Below, in pieces: positions 18,416-27,240 of a stretch of DNA of 64,000 nucleotides. Numbering within the stretch: position 1 is the stretch's first letter; each line of letters starts with the position of its first letter. The position numbers and the translations under genes are program-made. The notes beneath the pieces were generated by a model. The model worked only from the letters and a program-made list of their open reading frames with translations. It did not search any database and had not been told where the DNA came from. Origin of the DNA: Nanobdellota archaeon (GTDB lineage: Archaea; Nanobdellota; Nanobdellia; Parvarchaeales; Parvarchaeaceae); the NCBI GenBank assembly GCA_021799085.1, contig JAJZBD010000004.1:7973-71972 (forward strand), written 5' to 3'.

Positions 18416-19255
18416 CTACTTGTAATGAGAATCTGATTTATTATAATCTTTTTTTACTTTTCCATGGATTTCATACTCTTGAACTTTTAGGAGCTTAACC
18501 CTGGGATTTATCTTCTGTGGCGAACCGCCTGTCATAAATAAACCAAACAAAGTCCCTGAATAACCGGGATCAACGTAGCTAACATTTATCTTTGAACCAT
18601 AATCTGTACTATAAACTATTGCGGCATGTTTTGCATCTGAATAATCCAATCTGCCATCAGAGATGTATTTAATTGGCGTGTTTTTATCAACAACGTAATC
18701 AATTGGAATATTTAAAAACAGCTCATCATCCCTAATGCCATTCGCTGGAGTAACCGCCTTATTAGCCAGAGGATGGCGCATCTCTCCCCCGCGCAAATAA
18801 AAACTCCTTGCAGGTTTATTATTCCCTTTTATAACAACTAATTGTATTATAGAATCCCCCTTTCTAACGTTAATATTGAAAGGACCGTTTTCAAGAGAGC
18901 ATCTTATATTTTCAGGTTTTGGTAATGGACCCCTAGCATAATTTCCGTCAGTTGGAAAAATGTTTATCAAAGCACGAGAAAAGGAGCTTCTTGGTATTAT
19001 GTAAAAACTATAATTTTTATTTGCGCCGGTTCTTACACGTTCTAGGGTTTCTATGTAATACTTTGTTTTTGGCATTAAATGGTATATTCCTTCAGAATCT
19101 GCATTAAGTTCATTTCCAAATTCATCGTATACTCTACCTAATCTTAAATCAATAGATGCGGGCTTTACTTGCTCTTTTTCTACCTTTGGATAAAACTCCA
19201 AAGTGCCTTTTTTAAGAAGATGCTCCAGTTTTGAATCAGACAATACTTTTCCCAT
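18416..19255 (-). CDS. dcd: dCTP deaminase/dUTPase-fold protein, apparent tandem duplication (start moved to MGKVLSD)
   Basis: LSD...QVKPASIDLRL and PRSS..R in the first half; VDPGYSG in the second half. Confidence 0.65.
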   Translation of the reverse strand: MGKVLSDSKLEHLLKKGTLEFYPKVEKEQVKPASIDLRLGRVYDEFGNELNADSEGIYHLMPKTKYYIETLERVRTGANKNYSFYIIPRSSFSRALINIFPTDGNYARGPLPKPENIRCSLENGPFNINVRKGDSIIQLVVIKGNNKPARSFYLRGGEMRHPLANKAVTPANGIRDDELFLNIPIDYVVDKNTPIKYISDGRLDYSDAKHAAIVYSTDYGSKINVSYVDPGYSGTLFGLFMTGGSPQKINPRVKLLKVQEYEIHGKVKKDYNKSDSHYK

Positions 19256-19368
19256 GAATGAATATGGGCCCAATCATATAAATACTTTACTATCTATAAG
19301 TAGTATTAATATATGTATTTTGTATTAGATGGAATAATGTTTATATTCAATAAAAAAATATAGAATAT

Positions 19369-20016
19369 ATGGAAGAGATGTTGATATTACTTAAACCAGA
19401 CGGAATGGTAAGAAGATACGCGGGTGCAAGAGCATTAAAAAGTATAGTAGAACTCGGAGTTAACATAAATTTTTTCCAGGTATTGAAGCCCAAAAAGGAA
19501 TTCCTTGCAGACAGACATTATGCAGAACACAAGGGAAAGTTCTTCTATGATAATTTAGTGAATTTCATGTCGGCCACCGAACTAGCGGTAATAATCGCAA
19601 GCGGCGATAACGTAGTTGAAAAGGTAAGAACTTTGTTGGGAAAGACAATGTGCGAAAAGGCCGATCCGTTATCTATAAGAGGAAGGTACGGAACAACTAA
19701 AGGTATCAATTTAGTGCATGCTTCCGACAGCAGCGAAACTGCTGAAAGGGAGGTCAAACTCTGGAGAGAGATTATAAACGTTGAAGAAAAAGATTACAAA
19801 AAAGACATTATGGCCTACATAAGAACATATGAGAACTTTCCAATGATAGACTCTGTAAGATACAGAGAGATAAGCAAGGATTTAAGCGAGGGAAAGATTT
19901 CAAAAGAAGAGGCTGAAAAGACAATAAACGAGCTTCTAACAAAGGAAACAGACTTCGAGGAGGAAACAGTAAATAAATTGCCGGCTTTGATAACAGAAAA
20001 TGTACTTCTTGGCTGA
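19369..20016 (+). CDS. ndk: Nucleoside diphosphate kinase with about 80-aa C-terminal extension
   Basis: LLKPDG, HYAEHKGKFF, SIRGRYG, NLVHASDS catalytic His. Confidence 0.92.
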   Translation: MEEMLILLKPDGMVRRYAGARALKSIVELGVNINFFQVLKPKKEFLADRHYAEHKGKFFYDNLVNFMSATELAVIIASGDNVVEKVRTLLGKTMCEKADPLSIRGRYGTTKGINLVHASDSSETAEREVKLWREIINVEEKDYKKDIMAYIRTYENFPMIDSVRYREISKDLSEGKISKEEAEKTINELLTKETDFEEETVNKLPALITENVLLG

Positions 20017-20078
20017 TCAGGTTCATAAATTAAAAAAGAAAGTATTAATATAAGTTTATTTCATCTAGCTTTTATATT

Positions 20079-21017
20079 ATGGCGGATGAAAGAATCGGCA
20101 AAGCCGTAATTCTAGCTGCCGGAAATGGCAGTCATCTTCGCCCATTTAGCAACTACGTTCCAAAGCCATTCCTTCCTTACGCAGACAAGCCCATAATGTA
20201 TCACCACATTAAAAGCCTGGCAGAAGCGGGTATAAAAGAAATTGTAGTCATAACCAGAAGGGACGAGGATAATAATGGATCGTTTAAGCTACAAAACCAA
20301 TACTTGAAAAATCTAAGCAAAGACCCTGAATTAAAGGGCATAAACATAGAAATCGCATACCAAACAGAGGATCCTGCAACAAAAAAGCCAAAGGGCACTG
20401 CCGATGCAATACTTGCTGCGGAAGACCAATTAAAAGGGCAGAATTACATAGTTATACTAGGGGATTTAATTATTGAAAGTGCAAACGGAAATAATTACCT
20501 AAAGGATATAATAAGTCGTTTCAATGGCAGGCCGATGTTTTCTGCAGATAGTGTTAAAAGGGATGATGCCAAAAAAGGAGGATTTGTAAGAGGCAAGAAA
20601 CTTGATGATATGCTGATAGAAATGGAAGAAGCGATAGAAAAACCTGACGATTACATTTTAGACACGGCAAAAAGCGTTGATGGCAATTATAATGTAATGT
20701 GGGGAGGAGTGTATGTATTGAATAAAGACAGCATTAAATACTTAAAAGAAGTTGGGAAAGGAAAAGACAATGAGTTAAATATAACCGACGCCATGTCCTT
20801 ACAGTGCAAAAAAGAAAATAAAAAGGCGTATGGTTTGCTTATAGACTCTAAAATTTACAAATGCAGAGACTTTGGTAGAATAGAACATTGGATAGATAAC
20901 AATCTTGAAAAACAGAACTTGGAGAAATTTAAGAGCTCGCTTAAATTTTACAGCAAAGAATTTAGAGATCTTGTATATAACTATGTACAGGAAAATTATA
21001 ACATAGATTTACTTTAA
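20079..21017 (+). CDS. Sugar-phosphate nucleotidyltransferase (GalU/RmlA-like)
   Basis: LAAGNGSHLRP...PKPFL, PKGTADAIL, LGD, IEKP, ELNITDAM. Confidence 0.85.
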   Translation: MADERIGKAVILAAGNGSHLRPFSNYVPKPFLPYADKPIMYHHIKSLAEAGIKEIVVITRRDEDNNGSFKLQNQYLKNLSKDPELKGINIEIAYQTEDPATKKPKGTADAILAAEDQLKGQNYIVILGDLIIESANGNNYLKDIISRFNGRPMFSADSVKRDDAKKGGFVRGKKLDDMLIEMEEAIEKPDDYILDTAKSVDGNYNVMWGGVYVLNKDSIKYLKEVGKGKDNELNITDAMSLQCKKENKKAYGLLIDSKIYKCRDFGRIEHWIDNNLEKQNLEKFKSSLKFYSKEFRDLVYNYVQENYNIDLL

Positions 21018-21989
21018 AGCGCTCCTAAACATTTCAGCATATTTCTCAGGAAATAATTGGTTTGTATTAAATCCTGCGAATTCTATTGCCGCAAATGTGA
21101 TCACTCTAGGGTATATCTCCACATGGAAATGAAAGTTATTGTCTGACTTTATCTCATGGAACAGCAAATTGTAGGAAAGCTTGCCGAATAGGATGTCATT
21201 CGTCTTTATGACCTTTGAAAGAAGATCCACAAAATCAGATTTCTCCCGATCTGACAAAAGACCTACATAATTTACATGTCTCTTTGGCATGATAACCGAC
21301 TCTGAGCTCATCTTTGATCCAAAGGGCGCAAAGGCGATAAAACTCTCATTTTCAGCTAGCAACCTTTCTCTTTCGTAGTTAATAGCATACTCATACAAAC
21401 ACTCTTTGTTTTTATCGTAAAATTCCTCTATCTTTGCTTGCTCTTCTCTTATGGTTTTAGGGATTTCCTCAAATGCCATTATCTGGCTATGAGCATGAGA
21501 TAAGCTGGCACCGCTTCTTGGGCCTTCATTCTTAAAAGCATACACGTATTTTATCCTGTCTTTCGAGTACAGCACCTCTTCCCTTTCTATTATTGCATCT
21601 AGCCAACGCATATAATCTTCTTTCTCCAATTGTGAAAACCTTACATTGTGCAAAGGGGTTTCAAATACAACCTCGCAGTAGCCGAAAGCAGGTTCTTCCC
21701 TTAGAAAGTTGTTTTCAGGAGCAAAATCAAATTGCGGGGAAAGCATCGGAAACTTGTTTTCTATAACTTTTAATTTCCAAGAATGCTCATCGCCCCCTAC
21801 AAGTTTTATCGTCTTGTTAAGGCTTTCCTTCCCATATTCAAACGGGCACCTGGAAACATCGGATTCCCATTTGTCTTCTGAAAGATTATAAAAATCTGCA
21901 GGTTTATTGTTTCGTACACTTGAGAATATAACTTTTGTCCCTGTCCTATAGTCAACTCTTATCTCATCTCCTCTGTCTGTATTTGACAT
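21009..21989 (-). CDS. galT: Galactose-1-phosphate uridylyltransferase
   Basis: CPFEYG, NKFP, FKNEG..SGASLSHAHSQ (HxHxQ). Confidence 0.88.
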   Translation of the reverse strand: MSNTDRGDEIRVDYRTGTKVIFSSVRNNKPADFYNLSEDKWESDVSRCPFEYGKESLNKTIKLVGGDEHSWKLKVIENKFPMLSPQFDFAPENNFLREEPAFGYCEVVFETPLHNVRFSQLEKEDYMRWLDAIIEREEVLYSKDRIKYVYAFKNEGPRSGASLSHAHSQIMAFEEIPKTIREEQAKIEEFYDKNKECLYEYAINYERERLLAENESFIAFAPFGSKMSSESVIMPKRHVNYVGLLSDREKSDFVDLLSKVIKTNDILFGKLSYNLLFHEIKSDNNFHFHVEIYPRVITFAAIEFAGFNTNQLFPEKYAEMFRSALK

Positions 21990-22020
21990 AATATAAGTAG
22001 TTATTAAGAGATTATAAAAT

Positions 22021-23049
22021 TTATATTACAGTAGTTTTACCTACAACCCTCAAAAACCTTATCGGAAGGTCCTTGTTTATTAGTATCATTTTATCATTTT
22101 CGTCAAAGCAGAAATTCTTATCTGCAATGAAATGGGCGGTTAGCTTGTTGTTTTCACGCTTTACACTGCTTAAAGTTACAACAATGTTCTGCCAATTCAA
22201 TATTAAATTAAGCTTCACATCATCTTTTATTTCCTGCTTGTACAAGGGACTTACATCGACTGTAAGTTCACCCTCTTTTATGTCCCTGAAACTTCCTTTT
22301 TTTCTTATCTCAACGCCTCTTGGCAAATCCCAAGGCCAAACACCTTTTATTGCAACTCCCACTCTGTCGCCCGCTTCTGCAGACTGCACATCTTCCTGAT
22401 TTATCTGAATAGAATTTATCGAAATTTCTTTTGTAAATGGCGTTGGTGCAATTATGCCTTCTGAGTGTATCCCTATCTTTCCAGTTGGCATGGTCCCTAC
22501 TGCGACTGACATACCCTTTGACTCAAAAGCGTGATCTATCAGTATTTTGAAAGGCTTTTGTATGTTGTCTGAATCATAGGAAAAACCCGAAACCTTTGCC
22601 CTTATATCTGCCATGCTTTGATCATTGTTTATATCAACAACCATTATCTCAAAGTTTTCCATCGAAGTTCCTTTTATTATTGTAGACAACTGCTTTTCCA
22701 GCTTTTCTATGTCAGAAGCGGTGGATATATCTGCTTTTGTTATGCAGATTAAACCTTGCTTTATGCCTATTGAACTTGCCATTATTATCTGTTCACCCAC
22801 TTGGAGGTTAACGCCGTTTTCAGGCGAAACGCAGAATATTATCGCATCTGATAATGTAAGAACTGAAGCCAATGTAGTTGGATTGTCCATATCTCCGGGA
22901 GTATCTATCAAAGTGACATTCTTCCCACCATACTTAAAGAAAAAGAAAGAAACATCTTCCTCTGCGCCTTTCCTTTGTTGCAGCTTGTTTACAAGGGTTG
23001 ACTTTCCAGACCTATACGGACCTATAACGCTTACTGTTAACGAATTCAT
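22021..23049 (-). CDS. SelB-like / EF-Tu-like translational GTPase (342 aa)
   Basis: GPYRSGKS, DTPG, TKAD; domain II IDHAFESKG...AGDRVGVAIKG. Confidence 0.8.
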   Translation of the reverse strand: MNSLTVSVIGPYRSGKSTLVNKLQQRKGAEEDVSFFFFKYGGKNVTLIDTPGDMDNPTTLASVLTLSDAIIFCVSPENGVNLQVGEQIIMASSIGIKQGLICITKADISTASDIEKLEKQLSTIIKGTSMENFEIMVVDINNDQSMADIRAKVSGFSYDSDNIQKPFKILIDHAFESKGMSVAVGTMPTGKIGIHSEGIIAPTPFTKEISINSIQINQEDVQSAEAGDRVGVAIKGVWPWDLPRGVEIRKKGSFRDIKEGELTVDVSPLYKQEIKDDVKLNLILNWQNIVVTLSSVKRENNKLTAHFIADKNFCFDENDKMILINKDLPIRFLRVVGKTTVI

Positions 23050-23133
23050 ATCTTTTGTATAAAGAATGGTAAATTTAAATAAGTTTCTATTAATATTAAA
23101 TTATGCAATACAAAGCAGGATATAAATCCTTCA

Positions 23134-24663
23134 TTAAGACAGACTGCCGATTGTTACTAAAGGCATATTCCCATTCGGAGGATAAGTTCTTGTATCTAAC
23201 CAAGTTACATTGACTTCGCTTCCACTAACCGGGCCGCAACCCCCGCCATTCCTAAAAAGTATTGCCTTTAAGGGTATGCTTTCGGGATTTACATTTAATT
23301 CTGGAGTGTAATTAAGCAAGTAACTCATTTTTGCTCCAGTATTTATAAGAGAAAAAACATCTGTGCCGCCGATTAATGCAGTACTATTATAAAAATCTTG
23401 GGCAGCTTGACTAACATTCCCGTACTGATAATATTCCCAGGAAGTTGGAGAATTTTGCCATTGAGCCCATCCAGCGCTTGATCCATACTTAGGAGTAATG
23501 TTATACCACCCCAATATTGTCCATCCACAATAACGGGCCGGATTTGAGATATAATTGCCGTTCCAATCAAGAACATCAGGCAAAGAGAAATTTTCCTTAT
23601 TATAATAAAATTCAACCCCCACTCCATTTGGACTGTAATCTATTGTAAACCCATTATGTACTTGAACATATTTAGCCGTATCAGAGTAATTGGTAGTCCA
23701 CCCTGCAGGATAAGAACTGCCTTTAAAATTTTGGTAGTAATTAAAAACTGCATTGCCATTGTCATATTCTCCATAGGTTGAACACTGAGCAGTATCGCTT
23801 GGATTTGAACAGGTTAGCTGCGGTGCTTCGCCAGTATTAACGGAATTCAGAACGTTCGTGGAGGTTGAAAAGAAGTCCATTTCCACTGTTTCTGTAGTAA
23901 AGCTGCCTAACCGTAACCAGTAAACTACTGTTTGAGTGTTATTTGTTCCATTCTCCCTCCAAGAGGGTATTATTGTGCCATTTGGGTAGGTAAATTCTAT
24001 ATTTGAGAGATTGGAAGCAGCGTATGACTTGTAATTGTCCATGTTTATAACTGCCATCTGCTGGAATGGCGAAGGCGTTGCAGTTGAGGAGGTTATTGTT
24101 AATGGAAGATACTTCACTATAGGTTGCGAAGAGGAAGTTCCTGCAATAGTACCTGTTGAATTTGTTACTATGCTACCTGCGGGAGTTGAATAGCCGTACT
24201 GAAGTTTAGCTGACAAGGAGTATTTTATGCCTGCAGAATTACATGCGACTGTAGGGATTAGAATTGTTGCTGTTTTTCCAGGATAAACTGTTATGGGGGT
24301 TAGATTATACTCTTTTGTTAAAGCTGTTGTGCCTGTGTTTGAAGTTATGTATATTTTAGATATTATTGCCGAAGTTGCTGTATCTGGTAGCCCACCTCCT
24401 ATTATTGCTACATAAAGACCTGCCGGGTTGCATATTGTTGATGAAATTGTGAATGGTGAAAAACCACTGCTTGTAGTCGTTAAACTGGAACTTGGATTGA
24501 AAATGCCCATGCTGTATAATATTACAGCTACTATTACTATTATTAAGATGGCCCAGCCGTAGGTCATCATATACTCTAGAGCTGACTGTGAACGCTTGGT
24601 TTTACTTAAAAACGATAATTTAGAGCTATACTCTAAATATTTGAAAAATCGTTTAAATGACAT
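23134..24663 (-). CDS. Pilin-like surface protein: class III signal, DUF2341-like module and Trp/Tyr-rich beta domain
   Basis: KRS|QSALEYMMTYGWAILII; PSPFQQ...NIEFTYPNGTIIPSWRE...VYWLRL; GEAPQL...YGEYDNG. Confidence 0.75.
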   Translation of the reverse strand: MSFKRFFKYLEYSSKLSFLSKTKRSQSALEYMMTYGWAILIIVIVAVILYSMGIFNPSSSLTTTSSGFSPFTISSTICNPAGLYVAIIGGGLPDTATSAIISKIYITSNTGTTALTKEYNLTPITVYPGKTATILIPTVACNSAGIKYSLSAKLQYGYSTPAGSIVTNSTGTIAGTSSSQPIVKYLPLTITSSTATPSPFQQMAVINMDNYKSYAASNLSNIEFTYPNGTIIPSWRENGTNNTQTVVYWLRLGSFTTETVEMDFFSTSTNVLNSVNTGEAPQLTCSNPSDTAQCSTYGEYDNGNAVFNYYQNFKGSSYPAGWTTNYSDTAKYVQVHNGFTIDYSPNGVGVEFYYNKENFSLPDVLDWNGNYISNPARYCGWTILGWYNITPKYGSSAGWAQWQNSPTSWEYYQYGNVSQAAQDFYNSTALIGGTDVFSLINTGAKMSYLLNYTPELNVNPESIPLKAILFRNGGGCGPVSGSEVNVTWLDTRTYPPNGNMPLVTIGSLS

Positions 24664-24747
24664 ACATAGTCTATAAAAAATAAGAATATAAATATTTGCT
24701 AATTACCAGTTAAATTATACTTTTTTTATGAAGATAGCTAATCCTCT

Positions 24748-25662
24748 TTACAATCCAAATTTATCAAAATCATCAGGAAAGGAGTATCTAAAACTGCATT
24801 TCATTTTTGAGTAGATTGCTGCTGCACTTTTAACCATAGAATCGTCATTTTCATACCTTTGACTTGTATGCACGAAATAAACTTCCTTTGCACCTGAACT
24901 CTTTGCAAGTAGCATTGCTTCCTTTATGTTTAAGTGGAAGAAATCGTAGGATTTTTGGAATTCTTCTCCGAATGTGCTTTCTATTATCAACGTGTCAACA
25001 CCTTTTATAAAGGGGATTATTTTGCGGCTATATCTTAGATCAGTAACATATGCTAACGATTTTCCCTTCTTTAAGTAAGTAAGTTCTTTGTATTTTAGTT
25101 TAATGCCGTTATAAACGACATCTTTTCCTTCCTTAAGCTTGCTTAAAAACTTGCCGGGCTTTATCCCTTTCTCGGCAAGCTTCCCAACTAAGATATTACG
25201 TACATCTTTCTCCTTTATTTTGTAAGCAAGACATCTGACAGAATGCTCTACGTTTATAGCTGAAATACTGTAACAATCTCTTTCAAGTATTGCCTTTTCT
25301 TTCAATGCATTCACTGACTTTGTTTTTATGTCCAGCTGATTATAGAATTTGTATGTCATTAATATGTTTTTTATTCCCTGATCTGTGCCACTAGGGCCAA
25401 ATATCTGCAATTTCTTATTGCTTTTCATCATGTTAAGGCTTTGTATTATACCTCCTAATCCAAGAGAATGATCACCATGCCAATGCGTTATAAAAATGTA
25501 ATCTACAGAGGGGCTTAACCCTGCTTTCCGTATTTGCCGTTGAGTGCCTTCCCCGCAGTCAAATAGTATTCTTTCCCCATTAATCATAAGATAAACAGAC
25601 GGGTGATTTCTCTTTGCAGTAGGAAATGCCGAACTTGTGCCAAGAAATGTGCCCTCAATCAT
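24748..25662 (-). CDS. rnz: Ribonuclease Z (start moved to MIEG)
   Basis: FLGTSSAFPT, FDCGEGTQRQ, THWHGDH, DTL..ESTF, HTSQRY. Confidence 0.93.
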   Translation of the reverse strand: MIEGTFLGTSSAFPTAKRNHPSVYLMINGERILFDCGEGTQRQIRKAGLSPSVDYIFITHWHGDHSLGLGGIIQSLNMMKSNKKLQIFGPSGTDQGIKNILMTYKFYNQLDIKTKSVNALKEKAILERDCYSISAINVEHSVRCLAYKIKEKDVRNILVGKLAEKGIKPGKFLSKLKEGKDVVYNGIKLKYKELTYLKKGKSLAYVTDLRYSRKIIPFIKGVDTLIIESTFGEEFQKSYDFFHLNIKEAMLLAKSSGAKEVYFVHTSQRYENDDSMVKSAAAIYSKMKCSFRYSFPDDFDKFGL

Positions 25663-26404
25663 AAAACAGCCTGCCAAAGTTTTTGTAAACCGCTTCTTTT
25701 ATCTCATCTGCTCCCATCTTTTTTATACTAGATATGTAATTTAATAGTTTAGGTATATTCAAAGGCGTATTTATTTTATCATCTGGACTTAATGCTGGCG
25801 AATCCGTTTCTGTAAACATATTGTCAATATCCACATTCTTTATTATGTTCTCTTTCTTGAATTTCATAAACCCTGTTGAGATACTTATGTTTATTCCCAA
25901 ATCCTGCGCTCTGCCAAGATTTCTAAGGTTACCCTCAAAATTATGTATTATTGCTTTTACATTGAAACTTGAAACTACATCAAAAACATCTTCTATGGCT
26001 TTTCTGCTGTGGATTATGCAAACCTTTTTATTTTTTTCTGCCAGCTCTAGTATCTTGTAAAAGAATTCCTTCTCCTGCTCCATCTGATATATATCCTTGC
26101 CTTTATAATCCAAACCAACTTCCGATACTGCGAAAAATTTATCTATGCTGCTTGAAAAGAAATCAAGCTCTGCTTGTGTAGCTTGATAAGAATTATAAGC
26201 TATTTCGTTTGGGTGTAGGCCTATGCAGGGAAGCAGAAACTTGTATTTTTGGCCATCTTTAAGTATTCTTTCGCTGTCCTTTTTGTTCTCGCCTGCGTTC
26301 AGTATTAAATAAGAATCTGATATGCCGTCCAAAAATTTACCTCTTACATTTTCCAATGACTTGTCAGATATATGGGCATGCACATCTATGAATTTCGCTT
26401 CCAT
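25655..26404 (-). CDS. tatD: TatD family deoxyribonuclease (start moved to MEAKF)
   Basis: DVHAH, GLHP, SEVGLDY, IHSR, IHNF, TETDSP. Confidence 0.9.
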   Translation of the reverse strand: MEAKFIDVHAHISDKSLENVRGKFLDGISDSYLILNAGENKKDSERILKDGQKYKFLLPCIGLHPNEIAYNSYQATQAELDFFSSSIDKFFAVSEVGLDYKGKDIYQMEQEKEFFYKILELAEKNKKVCIIHSRKAIEDVFDVVSSFNVKAIIHNFEGNLRNLGRAQDLGINISISTGFMKFKKENIIKNVDIDNMFTETDSPALSPDDKINTPLNIPKLLNYISSIKKMGADEIKEAVYKNFGRLFYD

Positions 26405-26458
26405 ACAAAAACTATGAAACTGCAAGATTAATTCTTTAATTGGCAATAAAAACAATGA

Positions 26459-27079
26459 TTACTGCTTAGTTTCCCGTATCTCCTTCAATGCCTTCTCATC
26501 CTTTGAATAGAAATAAGGTGCAAGGTCTAAATCTGATGGTGTTTTCTCTGCCTTTGACATGTAAACCTCATGCAAATTTTTATTAACTTCCTTGCAGTAA
26601 TCATCCCAATTTACACCTAAGGATTCAACATATTCCCTTTCAATTTTAGTTGCAATCTCATGTGCATATGCATATTCATATGCATCGTCTATTAACCATT
26701 TCTCTGTAACTTCATGATGTCTGTCAATGCTTTCCACAGTATCAACAGTCTTCCCATCAACATCTATATTCTTTGGAAAATGTTCATCCAGATATACCTT
26801 TTTGCCGTCTACTGAATAACCGCCAGTGTACTTTATGTCGTACCTTGTATCTATCTTTATGTCGTCTGCTTTTTTTATTTCCTTTATCTGGCCTATCTTT
26901 TTTTGATTAAAAAATACATCGTTGTTTTCTGCATTAATCTTGTCTCCTACTTTAAAGTCCATCTCGCTTTCAAACTTTATGTATGTCGGTACTTTGTAAT
27001 TTATTGCAACTATTAAAAAGTTGTTGTCTGGGGCCTTTGAACCCGATTTAAGGTGCTCTATAACTTCATATTCTTCCAT
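26459..27079 (-). CDS. Uncharacterised protein with HExxE...AH putative metal site (206 aa; start moved to MEEYE)
   Basis: HHEVTE...YAYAHEIAT..E; the longer track ORF runs antisense across a tRNA. Confidence 0.7.
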   Translation of the reverse strand: MEEYEVIEHLKSGSKAPDNNFLIVAINYKVPTYIKFESEMDFKVGDKINAENNDVFFNQKKIGQIKEIKKADDIKIDTRYDIKYTGGYSVDGKKVYLDEHFPKNIDVDGKTVDTVESIDRHHEVTEKWLIDDAYEYAYAHEIATKIEREYVESLGVNWDDYCKEVNKNLHEVYMSKAEKTPSDLDLAPYFYSKDEKALKEIRETKQ

Positions 27080-27157
27080 GCTTAACAATAGATTAAACGT
27101 TAAGCATAAAATATATAAGTTTACTTTAATGTAATAAACTATCAATGCTTGGATTAA

Positions 27158-27229
27158 GCCTCCGTAGCTCAGCGGTAGAGCGTCTGCCTTGTAAGCAGAA
27201 GGTCGCGGGGCCAGCACCCGTCGGAGGCT
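27158..27229 (+). tRNA. tRNA-Thr(TGT) with non-canonical T loop
   Basis: GCCTCCG/CGGAGGC acceptor, GCTC/GAGC D stem, TCTGC-CTTGTAA-GCAGA anticodon arm, GCGGG-GCCAGCA-CCCGT T arm, U73. Confidence 0.85.
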
Positions 27230-27240
27230 TATTTGGTGAT

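Noticed and set aside
22021-23049. Selenocysteine system inferred from the SelB-like gene
   Set aside because: No tRNA-Sec, SelD or in-frame UGA ORFs seen; SelB-like proteins occur in non-Sec archaea
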